64,000 nt of DNA from Halothiobacillaceae bacterium (GCA_051297135.1 JBEVAM010000004.1:2823-66822), one strand, 5' to 3'. Counted from the first letter of the stretch, positions 1 to 15,739 are shown. The notes: generated by a model from the sequence alone, not told the origin. Program-made: numbers and translations.

Positions 1-1
1 C

Positions 2-1057
2 GTCCACTACTGGATGCGGCACCACCCCAACGACCGCGTCGTAGTGCTTGATGCCCTGACCTATGCCGGCAACCTCGCCAACCTTGATGCGATCAAGGAT
101 CGTCCCAATTTCCGCTTCGTGCATGGTGATATCCGCGACCAGGCCTTGGTTGAACAGCTTTTGCGCGAAGAAGGGCTGGATACGATCGTTCATTTTGCCG
201 CTGAGAGCCACGTGGACCGCTCCATCCTCGGTCCGGACGCTTTTATCCAAACCAACATCCTTGGCACCCATCATCTGCTCAAGGCTGCCAAGGCGGTGTG
301 GTTGGATGATCCGCACCATCGGCGGGAGGACCATCGTTTTCACCATGTCAGCACCGACGAGGTCTATGGTTCTCTGGGCCCCAACGACCCGCCCTTTACC
401 GAGACCACTCCTTATGCCCCCAACTCGCCCTATGCTGCGAGCAAGGCGGCCTCGGATCATCTTGTGCGCGCCTACCACCACACCTATGGCTTAAAGGTGA
501 CCATTAGCAACTGCTCCAACAACTATGGTCCCTATCACTTTCCGGAAAAGCTCATTCCGCTTTGCATCATCAACATTCTGCAAGGCGAGCCGCTGCCCAT
601 CTACGGTGATGGTATGAATATCCGCGACTGGCTGTATGTGGAAGACCACGCGCGTGGCATTGAGCTGATTTTGGAGCGAGGTGTGGTTGGTGAGGTCTAT
701 AATATTGGTGGCAACAATGAATGGACCAATATCGATATCGTCAAACTGCTGTGCAGGCTCATTGACGACGCCTTTGCCATGGATTGGCGCCTTGTCACTC
801 GTTTTCCCGATGCCCCTGCCAGTCGAGGCCGGAAGAGTGAAACGCTCATCACTCATGTCAAGGACCGCCCCGGTCACGACCGCCGCTATGCCATCGATGC
901 CAACAAGATCATGACCGAACTTGGATATCATCCGCGCCAGACCTTTGAGAGTGGAATCCGCGCCACGCTCGACTGGTACCTTGCCAATGAGGCCTGGTGG
1001 CGCGCGGTGTTGACGGGAAACTACCAGGATTGGGTGAAACTTCAGTATGAACGGTAA
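2..1057 (+). CDS. rfbB: dTDP-glucose 4,6-dehydratase, 5'-truncated by the window edge
   Basis: The frame is open from nt 2. Extended-SDR signatures are present: HFAAESHVDRS, YAASKAASDHL (YxxxK) and VLDALTYAGN. The typical GxxGxxG N-terminus is missing, so the gene starts upstream of the window. Confidence 0.9.
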   Translation, partial: VHYWMRHHPNDRVVVLDALTYAGNLANLDAIKDRPNFRFVHGDIRDQALVEQLLREEGLDTIVHFAAESHVDRSILGPDAFIQTNILGTHHLLKAAKAVWLDDPHHRREDHRFHHVSTDEVYGSLGPNDPPFTETTPYAPNSPYAASKAASDHLVRAYHHTYGLKVTISNCSNNYGPYHFPEKLIPLCIINILQGEPLPIYGDGMNIRDWLYVEDHARGIELILERGVVGEVYNIGGNNEWTNIDIVKLLCRLIDDAFAMDWRLVTRFPDAPASRGRKSETLITHVKDRPGHDRRYAIDANKIMTELGYHPRQTFESGIRATLDWYLANEAWWRAVLTGNYQDWVKLQYER

Positions 1058-1236
1058 TCTGACGGATCGAGGCATCATGCGCTTGGGCGAAGTCCACTGC
1101 GTTGCCGCTATCAGCAACCGTCTGACACCTTCGACCTGGAACGCGCCCGCAAGACCGACATCCCAACGGACGGGATGCGATGCTTAGCTCGTCCGGGATG
1201 TGACAGCTATTCTTCTCATTCACTTGGCAATTCATC

Positions 1237-3078
<1,842 letters not shown>

Positions 3079-3177
3079 CGCATTTGTCTCTTTCTTTCTT
3101 ATGGAAATACGAAATGGCGTGCGCTAAAAACTTAAATGCTGGCAATCCCGCCAGTATCCATGAACAAGGAGTCTAGG

Positions 3178-3480
3178 ATGCTGAAGCTCGTGCGCCCCCT
3201 CGCCCTAACTTTCTCTCTCGTTTCCCTGACGGCCCTTGCTGCCGAGCCGCTCGATCTGAATAGCGCCACCGCTGCCCAGCTGGAGGGCATTAGCGGCATC
3301 GGCCCGGCCAAGGCCCAGGCGATCGTCGATTACCGCACCAAGCACGGACCCTTCCAGAAGGTGGAGGATTTGGAGAAAGTGGATGGTATTGGCCCGAAAA
3401 TGGTGGAGAAGCTTAAGCCCATGCTCACGGTCAAGACCCCGGCCACCACCGCCGCGCCCGCGGCGCCGGCCAAGCGATAA
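3178..3480 (+). CDS. comEA: ComEA-like helix-hairpin-helix DNA-binding protein (exported)
   Basis: A signal-like N-terminus (MLKLVRPLALTFSLVSLTALAAEP) is followed by a double HhH (LEGISGIGPAKAQAIVDYR and LEKVDGIGPKMVEKL). AAGGAG at 3165-3170 lies 7 nt before ATG 3178, so the ORF-track start at 3136 is probably too early. Confidence 0.8.
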   Translation: MLKLVRPLALTFSLVSLTALAAEPLDLNSATAAQLEGISGIGPAKAQAIVDYRTKHGPFQKVEDLEKVDGIGPKMVEKLKPMLTVKTPATTAAPAAPAKR

Positions 3481-3502
3481 TCCTTGAGGGGAGACTCATG
3501 CG

Positions 3503-3522
3503 AGGGCGGTCCATGCCGCCCT
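3503..3522 (+). terminator. possible weak hairpin terminator after comEA
   Basis: AGGGCGG (3503-3509) pairs with CCGCCCT (3516-3522) across a 6-nt loop and is followed by TTCT. The T-tract is poor. Confidence 0.25.
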
Positions 3523-3938
3523 TCTGCATGGTATGCCATCGCCGCCCGCAAGGCTCGTGATATCGAGCGCCTGGGCAAAAAACCATCGTCGCGAAGAAAA
3601 ATACACAAGTACCTCGATGGCTGCATCCATGCCATGGCCAGGGACGAAATACACTACCGGATACGACATGGCTGTCCTGCTGCATATCACTCGCAGCAGG
3701 CCTGGCTGCGCTGCGGCACATGCATGACCAACACGAAGGTGTGCGCGCGTCAATCCAATATCTTCCGGCTGTGATTGGCCGGCGCCCCAAGCACCCACGC
3801 TCCCAAAGGGAGGCCCACTCGTGTGGAGTCCACGTATTGCGGCGATGCCCCACCGCTCTGAGCCCAATGCATGGCTTTTGCAGGATCAAGGGCTTAGAAT
3901 GATAAGCTTCGATTCTCTGCGCCGAGTTAACTAACTCC

Positions 3939-5309
3939 ATGGATCGCGACCCAACCGTTCCCCTCGCCGTGCCCAAGAAGGTCTACATCAAGACCTGGGG
4001 CTGCCAGATGAACGAATATGACAGCCAGAAAATGGGCGATGTGCTGCATGCCTGTGAGGGCATGGAATTGGCCCAGACGCCGGAAGAGGCGGATGTGATC
4101 TTGCTCAACACCTGCTCCATCCGCGAGAAGGCGCAGGAGAAGGTATTTTCCCAGCTTGGCCAGTGGAAGGAGCTCAAACGTGCCAAGCCCGAGCTTGTGA
4201 TCGGCGTGGGCGGCTGCGTGGCCAGCCAGGAAGGTGAGGCGCTGCGTGAGCGCGCGCCGTTCGTGGACGTGGTGTTTGGGCCGCAAACCCTGCATCGCCT
4301 GCCGGAGATGATCCGCGAGGTACGATCCACTGGTAAGCCGGTGGTGGATATCTCCTTTCCCGAGATCGAGAAGTTCGATCGTTTGCCCGAGCCGCGCGCG
4401 GAAGGCCCGACGGCCTTCGTCTCGATCATGGAGGGCTGTTCCAAGTACTGCACTTTCTGCGTGGTACCCTATACCCGAGGCGAGGAGGTCTCCCGCCCGT
4501 TTGACGACGTGCTGGCCGAGTGTGCCACGCTTGCCGCGCAGGGTGTACGGGAGATCAATCTGCTCGGCCAGAATGTGAATGCTTACCGGGGCGCGATGCA
4601 TGATGGCGGTGTCGCCGACCTTGCGCTGCTGATCGAGTTCGTTGCGGCCATCGACGGCATCGAGCGGATCCGCTTTACCACCTCCCACCCCGTGGAGTTC
4701 AATGATCGGCTGATCGAGGCCTACCGCACCATTCCCAAGCTTGCAAGCTTTTTGCACCTGCCGGTGCAGTCCGGCTCCGACCGGGTGCTTGCGGCAATGA
4801 AGCGCGGCCACACGGTCATCGAGTACAAGTCGAAGATCCGCAAGCTGCGCGAGGCGCGCCCGAACATCTGTCTGTCCTCCGACTTCATCGTCGGCTTCCC
4901 CGGCGAGACCGAGGCCGACTTTGAGGCTACCATGAAACTGATCCGCGATGTCGGCTTCGACCAGTCGTTCAGTTTCATCTACAGTGCCCGTCCCGGTACC
5001 CCGGCCGCGAGCCTGCCGGACGACACTCCGCTCGAGGTGAAGAAGGAGCGCCTCCACCGCCTGCAAGCGCTGATCAACAGCCAGGCCCGCGCGATCAGCG
5101 AGGCCATGCGCGGCACCATCCAGCGCATCCTGGTCGAGGGTCCCTCCAAGAAGGATGCCGCCGAGCTGATGGGCCGCACCGAAAACAACCGCGTGGTGAA
5201 CTTCAAGGGCGGCGCGCATCTGATCGGACAGATGATCGACGTGCGCATCACCGAGGTGCTGCCGAATTCTCTGCGCGGAGAAGTCATTGAGCATGGTTCC
5301 CCTTCTTGA
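3939..5309 (+). CDS. miaB: tRNA-2-methylthio-N6-dimethylallyladenosine synthase
   Basis: 456 aa with the UPF0004 N-terminus [12 protein letters not shown], the radical-SAM motif CSKYCTFC, and a TRAM-like C-terminus. Confidence 0.95.
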   Translation: MDRDPTVPLAVPKKVYIKTWGCQMNEYDSQKMGDVLHACEGMELAQTPEEADVILLNTCSIREKAQEKVFSQLGQWKELKRAKPELVIGVGGCVASQEGEALRERAPFVDVVFGPQTLHRLPEMIREVRSTGKPVVDISFPEIEKFDRLPEPRAEGPTAFVSIMEGCSKYCTFCVVPYTRGEEVSRPFDDVLAECATLAAQGVREINLLGQNVNAYRGAMHDGGVADLALLIEFVAAIDGIERIRFTTSHPVEFNDRLIEAYRTIPKLASFLHLPVQSGSDRVLAAMKRGHTVIEYKSKIRKLREARPNICLSSDFIVGFPGETEADFEATMKLIRDVGFDQSFSFIYSARPGTPAASLPDDTPLEVKKERLHRLQALINSQARAISEAMRGTIQRILVEGPSKKDAAELMGRTENNRVVNFKGGAHLIGQMIDVRITEVLPNSLRGEVIEHGSPS

Positions 5310-5441
5310 CAAGGGGCGGGGCAAAATCGCCACGTGCCGCAGCCGTGGCGCAAGGTTCATGCGCTGCACCATGCTTAGGCGGTTGAAATTTTTCCCTCCC
5401 CGCCTCATGATCATGATCATCGTCCCTAGCTACGCCCAAAC

Positions 5442-6419
5442 TTGAGCACTCAGCTGCAGACCCGATCCTTCCTCCTTGCCCCCGAGGACAACACCCGCCT
5501 CGCCAACCTCTGCGGCCAGCTTGATGGCCATCTACGCATGATCGAGCGCCGCCTAGGCGTAGAGATCAACAACCGCGGCTTCCAGTTCCAGGTCATCGGC
5601 CCAGAGAATGCTGCCATCATCGCCACCAAGCTCCTGCACGACCTGTACGCACAAACCGAACAGGCCATACTCAACCCCAGCGCCGTGCATCTCGCACTGG
5701 TTGGGAGTGGCTTTGGCGATGAGGCCGAGGACACGCCGGAAGAGGCACCGCCCGAAGAGTTTTGCATCCGCACCCCACGCAGCATCATCCGCGGGCGCGG
5801 TGCCAATCAAGTGCGCTACCTGCGCGACATCCGCACCCACGACCTGTCCTTCGGCATCGGCCCAGCCGGCACCGGCAAGACCTATCTTGCGGTGGCCTCG
5901 GCGGTCGAGGCACTGGAAAAGGAAGAGGTGCGCCGCATCGTACTGGTGCGTCCGGCGGTCGAAGCCGGCGAGCGGCTAGGCTTTCTGCCCGGCGACATGG
6001 CGCAGAAAATCGACCCTTACCTGCGGCCAATGTATGACGCCCTGTACGAGATGTTCGGTTTTGAGCGCGTGGCAAAATACATCGAACGCAACGTGATCGA
6101 AGTCGCCCCGCTGGCCTTTATGCGCGGCCGCACCCTGAACGAGTCGTTCATCATCCTCGACGAGGCGCAGAACACCACAATCGAACAGATGAAAATGTTC
6201 CTCACCCGCATCGGCTTTGGTTCGCGCGCGGTAGTGACCGGGGATGTGACCCAGATCGACCTGCCTCGCGTGAAAGACTCCGGCCTGCGACACGTGATCG
6301 AGATCCTCAAGGACGTGGATGGAGTGAGTTTTACCTTCTTCCAGACCCGCGACGTGGTCCGTCATCCGCTGGTCAAGCGCATCGTCGCGGCCTATGAGAA
6401 GGCAGAGATCCGTGCTTGA
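5442..6419 (+). CDS. ybeZ: PhoH-like ATPase (YbeZ)
   Basis: Walker A motif GPAGTGKTYLA with PhoH-family length. It sits immediately upstream of ybeY, as in E. coli ybeZYX-lnt. The start is TTG per the ORF track. Confidence 0.9.
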   Translation: MSTQLQTRSFLLAPEDNTRLANLCGQLDGHLRMIERRLGVEINNRGFQFQVIGPENAAIIATKLLHDLYAQTEQAILNPSAVHLALVGSGFGDEAEDTPEEAPPEEFCIRTPRSIIRGRGANQVRYLRDIRTHDLSFGIGPAGTGKTYLAVASAVEALEKEEVRRIVLVRPAVEAGERLGFLPGDMAQKIDPYLRPMYDALYEMFGFERVAKYIERNVIEVAPLAFMRGRTLNESFIILDEAQNTTIEQMKMFLTRIGFGSRAVVTGDVTQIDLPRVKDSGLRHVIEILKDVDGVSFTFFQTRDVVRHPLVKRIVAAYEKAEIRA

Positions 6420-6870
6420 ACTCGAAATCCAGTACCCCGAGGAGGCGAGTCCCGTCGACCTGCCCGATAAAACCTCCTTCACTCGCTGGGTACGCGAAGC
6501 CCTCGGCGAGCGTACCACCAGCCTGACCCTGCGCCTGGCCTCGATGACCGAAATGGCGGCCTTGAACCAGCAGTACCGCGGCAAGGCTCATGCTACCAAC
6601 GTGCTCTCTTTCCCGCTCGAATTCCCACCGGAGAGCGGCATCCCATACATCGGTGACATCGTCATCTGCCCGGAGGTGGTCGCACGCGAGGCCATCGAAC
6701 AAGGCAAGCCGCTCGAGGCCCACTACGCCCACCTCACGGTGCATGGCGTACTGCATCTTCTAGGCTACGATCATGAGACCGAGGACCAAGCCATAGAAAT
6801 GGAAACGCTGGAGACACAAATCCTCGCCAGACTCGGCTACCCCGATCCCTACCAATCCATGGACGACTAA
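6394..6870 (+). CDS. ybeY: rRNA maturation endoribonuclease YbeY
   Basis: Zinc motif HGVLHLLGYDH plus NVLSFP. The start is either ATG 6394 or GTG 6412, and both overlap the phoH 3' end. Confidence 0.9.
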   Translation: MRRQRSVLELEIQYPEEASPVDLPDKTSFTRWVREALGERTTSLTLRLASMTEMAALNQQYRGKAHATNVLSFPLEFPPESGIPYIGDIVICPEVVAREAIEQGKPLEAHYAHLTVHGVLHLLGYDHETEDQAIEMETLETQILARLGYPDPYQSMDD

Positions 6871-7751
6871 TGGACGACTCCTCACAAAGTGAAAGCGCAA
6901 GCCAGCCACGAAGTTGGCTTGACCGCCTCTCCCAGCTGCTCGGCGGCGAACCCCGCAATCGAGAAGATTTGATCGAGATCCTCGAGACCGCGCGGGAGCG
7001 CGGCCTGCTCGACGCCACCGCATTCGCCATGATGGAAGGCGTGCTCGAACTGCACGATCTGCGCGCCCGCGACATCATGATCCCCCGCTGCCAGATGGAT
7101 GTGATCGAGCAGGATGCCTCCTTCGCGGACATCCTGCGCCAGGTGCTCACTTCGGGCCACTCGCGCTATCCGGTGATCGGTGAGAACCGCGACGAGGTGG
7201 TGGGCATTCTGCTGGTCAAGGACTTGCTGCACGCCATCCCATTGGAGACCAACGGCGAGGGTCAGGCCTCGTTCGACATCACTGCCCATCTCCGCCCGGT
7301 GCTGTTCGTGCCGGAGAGCAAGCGCGTGGACGCCTTGCTGGCCGAGCTGCGCGCCTCGCGCAACCATATGACCGTGGTCATTGACGAGTATGGCGGCGTG
7401 GCCGGCCTGATCACCATCGAGGACATCCTTGAGCAGATCGTCGGCAACATTGAGGACGAGTACGACGTAGAGGAAGATGTCTACATCCGCGCTGCCGGCA
7501 GCGACCGCTACATCGTCCATGCCCTGACGCCGATTGACGAGTTCAATGAATACGTGGGCGCAAACCTGCCCGATACGGACTTCGACACCGTCGGCGGACT
7601 GGTCACCCACATCCTCGGCCACCTGCCGCACAGGGACGAGCGCATCGTGCTGGATGGCTTTGAGTTCCGCGTGATCAGCGCCGACAGTCGTCGCCTACAC
7701 CGTCTACGGGTGACCCGGATGGCGCCCGGCACACCGGCCGAAGAGACCTGA
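6870..7751 (+). CDS. corC: CorC/HlyC-family magnesium/cobalt efflux protein (CBS pair plus CorC_HlyC)
   Basis: 293 aa in the conserved position after ybeY. The CBS-pair region and C-terminal transporter-associated domain are recognisable (ITIEDILEQIVGNIEDEYD). Confidence 0.9.
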   Translation: MDDSSQSESASQPRSWLDRLSQLLGGEPRNREDLIEILETARERGLLDATAFAMMEGVLELHDLRARDIMIPRCQMDVIEQDASFADILRQVLTSGHSRYPVIGENRDEVVGILLVKDLLHAIPLETNGEGQASFDITAHLRPVLFVPESKRVDALLAELRASRNHMTVVIDEYGGVAGLITIEDILEQIVGNIEDEYDVEEDVYIRAAGSDRYIVHALTPIDEFNEYVGANLPDTDFDTVGGLVTHILGHLPHRDERIVLDGFEFRVISADSRRLHRLRVTRMAPGTPAEET

Positions 7752-7782
7752 TACCCGTGCTCCAGAGGCACGCGCCGACAGG

Positions 7783-9297
7783 GTGACCTCGATGACGACG
7801 CGCTGGATACCCCGCCTGACCGCCTTCGCCTTAGGCGCCCTCCTACCACTGGCCTTCGCCCCTTTCGGCCTGTGGCCCGTCGCCATCCTCGCCCTTGCGG
7901 GGGCATTCTGGCTTTGGCAAGGGGCCACGCCACACGAGGCACGTTGGATCGGCTACGCCTTCGGTCTTGGCCAGTTTGGCGTGGGGGTGAGCTGGGTTTA
8001 CAACAGCCTCCATCTGTTCGGTGATGCCATTGCCCCCGTCTCGGGTCTTGTCACCTTCCTGTTCGTCGCCGTAGTGGCGGTCTTCCCGGCCCTTGCCGGC
8101 GAGCTCGCCGCACGACTGAGCGCGCCCGGCACCCCTGCGCGGCTACTCCTCGCCCTGCCGCTGGCCTGGCTGCTGCTAGAGCTTGCGCGCGGCATCTTCC
8201 TTGGCGGCTTTCCCTGGCTGAACCTCGGCGCGAGCATGCTGGCCACTCCCCTCGCAGGCTTCGGCCCCCTGCTGGGAGAGTATGGCATGAGCCTTGCCGT
8301 GGCGCTGAGTGTGGCCGCTCTCGTTGGCTTGCTCGAGCGCCGTACGGCCCGCATTGCCCTGCCACTGCTGACCGGGGTGTGGGGCCTGGGATTCGCGCTA
8401 GGACAGATCGCCTGGATCCAACCTGTCGGCGCACCGGTGTCGGTGGCGATCGTGCAGGGCAATGTGGAACAAGCGCGCAAGTTCGACCCCGCACGCTTCG
8501 AGGCCACCCTTGCAACCTACCGCATGCTCACCGAGGCGAACCAAGATGCCCAGCTGATCCTGTGGCCGGAGACGGCAGTGCCGGACCTCGTGTCCCAGGT
8601 CACGATGTTCCTGATCGAGATGCAAGACAAGGCCCGCGCGCATGGCTTCCAGATCGTCGCCGGCGTGTTCGACGAGGATCGCTTTGGTCATTTTTACAAC
8701 GCCCTGCTGACCCTGCCCGTGGACGGCGGGCGCTACCACAAGCGCCATTTGGTCCCCTTTGGCGAATTTTTACCCCTGCGCTTTTTGCTCGAACCCTTCA
8801 AGGCCCTCATCCAGGTGCCGATGTCCGACCTCAGCCCTGGGGCGGAAGAACAGCCCCTCCTCCAGCTGGTCGGCTACCCTGTGGGTGCCTCGATTTGCTA
8901 TGAGGCGGCGCTCGCGCGCGAGATCCGCCGCGCCTTGCCGGAGGCGGCTTTTCTCATCAACGCCAGCAACGACGCCTGGTTCGGCGACTCGCTCGCCCCG
9001 CACCAGCATCTGCAGATTGCCGCAATGCGCAGCCTAGAGAGCGGCCGCTGGATGGCCCGTGCCACCAACACCGGCATTTCAGCCCTGATCGACCCGTATG
9101 GCCGGGTGGTGGCGCGCACGCCCCAGTTCGAGCAGGCGGTGCTGCGCGGCGAGATCATGCCCATGCGGGGCACCACGCCGTTCGTACGTTGGGGCGAATG
9201 GCCGATGTGGCTGCTGGCCAGCCTAGGGTTGGCCGGACTTGCCCTGCAAGGCCTGCTCCGGAAGCGCCGAGACCAAAACCCGCGCCCAGCTGCGTAG
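7783..9297 (+). CDS. lnt: apolipoprotein N-acyltransferase
   Basis: A polytopic N-terminus is followed by a CN-hydrolase domain (ILWPETAVP, ASICYEAA). Synteny after corC supports the call. Confidence 0.9.
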   Translation: MTSMTTRWIPRLTAFALGALLPLAFAPFGLWPVAILALAGAFWLWQGATPHEARWIGYAFGLGQFGVGVSWVYNSLHLFGDAIAPVSGLVTFLFVAVVAVFPALAGELAARLSAPGTPARLLLALPLAWLLLELARGIFLGGFPWLNLGASMLATPLAGFGPLLGEYGMSLAVALSVAALVGLLERRTARIALPLLTGVWGLGFALGQIAWIQPVGAPVSVAIVQGNVEQARKFDPARFEATLATYRMLTEANQDAQLILWPETAVPDLVSQVTMFLIEMQDKARAHGFQIVAGVFDEDRFGHFYNALLTLPVDGGRYHKRHLVPFGEFLPLRFLLEPFKALIQVPMSDLSPGAEEQPLLQLVGYPVGASICYEAALAREIRRALPEAAFLINASNDAWFGDSLAPHQHLQIAAMRSLESGRWMARATNTGISALIDPYGRVVARTPQFEQAVLRGEIMPMRGTTPFVRWGEWPMWLLASLGLAGLALQGLLRKRRDQNPRPAA

Positions 9298-9298
9298 G

Positions 9299-12515
<3,217 letters not shown>

Positions 12516-12595
12516 CCCCCTCGAGCAGGAGGCAAGGAAAAGGGGCGCACCCCACCCAAGAGAGGAACATGCCACGAATCTGGTTTTCATGATCT

Positions 12596-12618
12596 CCCCT
12601 CCCCCCGAGGGGGAGGGG
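12596..12618. repeat. G/C-rich perfect hairpin (REP-like palindrome) in the leuS-lptE spacer
   Basis: CCCCTCCCCC (12596-12605) pairs with GGGGGAGGGG (12609-12618) across a 3-nt loop. No T-tract follows. Confidence 0.6.
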
Positions 12619-12632
12619 TGGGGAAAGTGTGA

Positions 12633-13157
12633 ATGAACAAACATCCCACAAGACACCAAGCGCCATCCCGCCGCACCCTCTTGCTTGGAGGGTTGGCCTT
12701 TGCCGTTTCTGCCTGTGGCTTCCAACCACGCGGCATGGTCGAATTGCCGCCCGTCCTACGGCACGTCCACCTCGGCGGCAGGATGCCCGACCCAGGCTTG
12801 ATCGCTGCTTTTGCCCGTCTGCTACGGCAGAACGGCGGCGAGCTGGTGAACGACGCAACCAAGGCCAGCCTGCGTCTGACCGTCGCCGACTACACCCCCG
12901 GCCAGCGCCAGGTGGTGATTGACCCCCGCGCGCGTCTGCGCGAGGTGGAGCTGACCCTGCGCGTGATCATCAAGGCGGAGGATGCCGAAGGGCGGACCCT
13001 ACTCGCGGGCGAGAGCTTCGAGATCGTGCGCATGATGCGTTACACCCCAAACAATCCGCTTGCCGCCGTGGAGGACGAGGCGAGACTGCGTGCTGACATG
13101 CACGAGAGCATGGCCCAGTCCATCCTCGCCCGGCTGCGGGCGGTGGCAAGCCGCTAA
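12633..13157 (+). CDS. lptE: LPS-assembly lipoprotein LptE
   Basis: Lipobox FAVSAC, about 170 aa, in the canonical leuS-lptE-holA position. Confidence 0.75.
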   Translation: MNKHPTRHQAPSRRTLLLGGLAFAVSACGFQPRGMVELPPVLRHVHLGGRMPDPGLIAAFARLLRQNGGELVNDATKASLRLTVADYTPGQRQVVIDPRARLREVELTLRVIIKAEDAEGRTLLAGESFEIVRMMRYTPNNPLAAVEDEARLRADMHESMAQSILARLRAVASR

Positions 13158-13160
13158 GAC

Positions 13161-14180
13161 ATGAAGATCCGCGCCGATCAACTCGCCCGCGCCCTAGAGC
13201 GCAGCCTGCCGACCGGCCTTTTGATCACGGGCGACGAGCCGCAGCAGAAGCTCGAGGCGCTCGAGCTGGCGCTGGCCTTTGGACGGTCAGCCGGCATGGA
13301 CGAGCGCCTGCGCTTCGAGATCGACCACGGTTTCGACTGGTCCAGCCTGGTCGGCGAGTGGTCCGCCCCCTCCCTCTTCGCCCCGCGCCGCATCTTTGAT
13401 CTGCGCCTTGCCAGCCTGCGCCTGCCCAAGGAGGCGGTCACCTGGCTGGCATCCGCCGTCAACGAACCGCCCGGCACCAATTTCTTGATCGTCAGCGCGG
13501 CTCGCCTGGAGGCTGCACAGAAGAAGTCTGCCTGGGTGCAAGCCTTCGAGAAACACGGCCTGTGGCTGGAGGTGTGGCCGCTCAAGGCGGGCGAGCTCAT
13601 GGCATGGATGGAGCGTCGCCTGCGCAGCCGCGGACTCGAGGCCGGACGCGAGGCCCTGCGCCTTCTGGCCGAACAGGTAGAGGGCAACCTGCTCGCCGCC
13701 GCGCAAGAGATCGACAAGCTCGCGCTGCTTTTCCCGCGCGGGCGGCGCCTTTCGGAAGAGGATATCCTCGGCACGGTCGCTCACTCAAGCCGCCACACCA
13801 TCTTCGAGCTGAGCGATGCCGTGCTGCACGGGGACGCGAAGCGTGCCCTGCGGGTGCTGCACAGCTTGCAAGGCGCAGGTGAGGATCCGGTGTTGCTCAG
13901 CTGGGCGCTGACCCGCGAGATCCGCCTGATCGCCGACCTCGCCACCCGCCTCGAACACGGCGAAACACTCGCCCATGCGCAGAAGGCCCTCAAGATTCGC
14001 GACCCGCAGATCCACCCGTACGCCGCGCGTGCTAGGCTTGGCGCGCGCCGCTGGCAGAACCTCTTGAGCGAGGCCGCCCTGCTCGACCGCGTTGCCAAAG
14101 GCGTTGCCCCCGGTCGCCCCTGGCCCATGCTCGCCGAACTCACCCTGCGCGCCTGCCAAAACGAAGAAAACTCTGGGTAA
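13161..14180 (+). CDS. holA: DNA polymerase III subunit delta
   Basis: 339 aa. Position after lptE and overall HolA-like length and helical C-terminus. This is called mainly from synteny plus family resemblance. Confidence 0.8.
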   Translation: MKIRADQLARALERSLPTGLLITGDEPQQKLEALELALAFGRSAGMDERLRFEIDHGFDWSSLVGEWSAPSLFAPRRIFDLRLASLRLPKEAVTWLASAVNEPPGTNFLIVSAARLEAAQKKSAWVQAFEKHGLWLEVWPLKAGELMAWMERRLRSRGLEAGREALRLLAEQVEGNLLAAAQEIDKLALLFPRGRRLSEEDILGTVAHSSRHTIFELSDAVLHGDAKRALRVLHSLQGAGEDPVLLSWALTREIRLIADLATRLEHGETLAHAQKALKIRDPQIHPYAARARLGARRWQNLLSEAALLDRVAKGVAPGRPWPMLAELTLRACQNEENSG

Positions 14181-14470
14181 GGCCACGCGCGGGATGGGAT
14201 ACACGGCGATGGGTGCGCCGTGACCGAGACATCGCCATGCGATCGACAAAGGAGGGCACACTGCGCAACGCCGCAAACCGATCGCGCAAACCGTTTCCCT
14301 AAAGCCCCTGCGCCGAAGATGCAGCGCCGCTCCTCTTCCTCTGGCAAGCCTGCATAATCCGCTCGCCACGCCGTGCCCCACGGTTGGGGGGTGTGTGGTT
14401 CTTGGCTATTTCTGCGACAATCCCGTCATCCCGACCATCCCATTCGTCTATAGAAAACGTCATCACCGCC

Positions 14471-15727
14471 ATGGAACAGCTGATCCAGACCCTAGGCCAG
14501 CAGGCCCGCCAGGCCGCGCGCCAGCTTACCCGCGCCAAGACCGCTGCCAAAAACCAGGCACTTGCAGCCATCGCCCAGGCCCTGCTCGACGGGGCGGACG
14601 AGATCATTACCGCCAACGCACAGGACCTCGAGGCCGGCAAGGCCATGGGCCTCGATGCCGCCATGCTCGACCGCCTGTCCATCGATACCGCGCGCATCGA
14701 GGCCATGGCCGAGGGCGTACGCCAGATCGTCGCCCTGCCCGACCCGGTCGGCGCCATCGACGACATGAACTACCGTCCCTCCGGCATCCAGGTGGGCAGG
14801 ATGCGCGTGCCCCTCGGGGTGATTGGCATCATCTACGAGTCACGCCCCAACGTGACCGTGGACGCCGCCGCGCTGTGCTTGAAGTCGGGTAATGCCGTCA
14901 TCCTGCGCGGTGGCTCGGAGGCATCACACTCCAACCGCGCCCTCGCCACCTGCATCCAGAGCGGCCTGCGCAAGGCCGGGTTGCCGGAGGCCGCGGTACA
15001 ACTCATCCCCACCACCGACCGCGAGGCAGTGGGGGCCATGCTGCGCGCACGCGGCCTGATCGACGTGATCATCCCACGCGGCGGCAAGGGCCTGATCGAG
15101 CGCGTGGCGAGCGAGAGCCTGATCCCGGTCATCAAACACCTGGACGGCAACTGCCACGTCTACATCGACGACACCGCCGACGTGCAGAAGGCTCTGCGCG
15201 TCGCCATCAACGCCAAGACCCACCGCTATGGCGTATGCAACGCGATGGAGACCCTGCTGGTGGCCGAGGGCATCGCCGAGAAGATCCTGCCCGCGCTGGC
15301 CGACGCCTACCTCGCCAAGGGGGTCGAGCTGCGCGGCTGTAGCCGCACACGCGCCATCCTCGAAGGTAAGGACGTGCAACCCGCGACCGAGGACGACTGG
15401 TACACCGAGTACCTCGCCCCGATCTTGGCGATCAGGGTGGTCGATGACCTCGACATGGCGATCAGCCACATCGAGCAGTACGGTTCGCACCACACCGATG
15501 CCATCATCACTGAGGATTACAGCCGCGCCCGTCGCTTCCTGCTCGAGGTGGACTCCTCGAGCGTGATGGTCAACGCCTCCACCCGTTTCGCGGATGGCTT
15601 CGAATACGGCCTTGGTGCGGAGATCGGCATCTCCACCGACAAGCTGCATGCACGCGGTCCGGTGGGGCTGGAGGGGCTGACCACGCAGAAGTGGGTCGTA
15701 CTGGGCGATGGGCACATCCGCAGCTGA
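14471..15727 (+). CDS. proA: glutamate-5-semialdehyde dehydrogenase
   Basis: The start is set at ATG 14471 ([13 protein letters not shown]...), which aligns with the ProA N-terminus. The catalytic-Cys context is [13 protein letters not shown]. Confidence 0.95.
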   Translation: MEQLIQTLGQQARQAARQLTRAKTAAKNQALAAIAQALLDGADEIITANAQDLEAGKAMGLDAAMLDRLSIDTARIEAMAEGVRQIVALPDPVGAIDDMNYRPSGIQVGRMRVPLGVIGIIYESRPNVTVDAAALCLKSGNAVILRGGSEASHSNRALATCIQSGLRKAGLPEAAVQLIPTTDREAVGAMLRARGLIDVIIPRGGKGLIERVASESLIPVIKHLDGNCHVYIDDTADVQKALRVAINAKTHRYGVCNAMETLLVAEGIAEKILPALADAYLAKGVELRGCSRTRAILEGKDVQPATEDDWYTEYLAPILAIRVVDDLDMAISHIEQYGSHHTDAIITEDYSRARRFLLEVDSSSVMVNASTRFADGFEYGLGAEIGISTDKLHARGPVGLEGLTTQKWVVLGDGHIRS

Positions 15728-15739
15728 GGTGGGCTGGGT

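Noticed and set aside
3484-3774. 96-aa Cys/His-rich ORF in the comEA-miaB spacer
   Set aside because: It has no Shine-Dalgarno sequence, atypical codon usage for this genome, no family resemblance, and overlaps equally long ORFs in other frames.
3927-5420. 497-aa minus-strand ORF opposite miaB (similar cases are 14924-16291, 25316-26410, 31211-32212, 38384-39907, 47882-49351 and 50788-51969)
   Set aside because: All are antisense partners of confidently identified genes and show the typical GC-rich mirror-frame composition.
14333-14352. Sigma54-like TGGCA...TGCAT upstream of proA
   Set aside because: The GG-to-GC spacing is about 3 nt too short for the TGGCAC-N5-TTGCW consensus.
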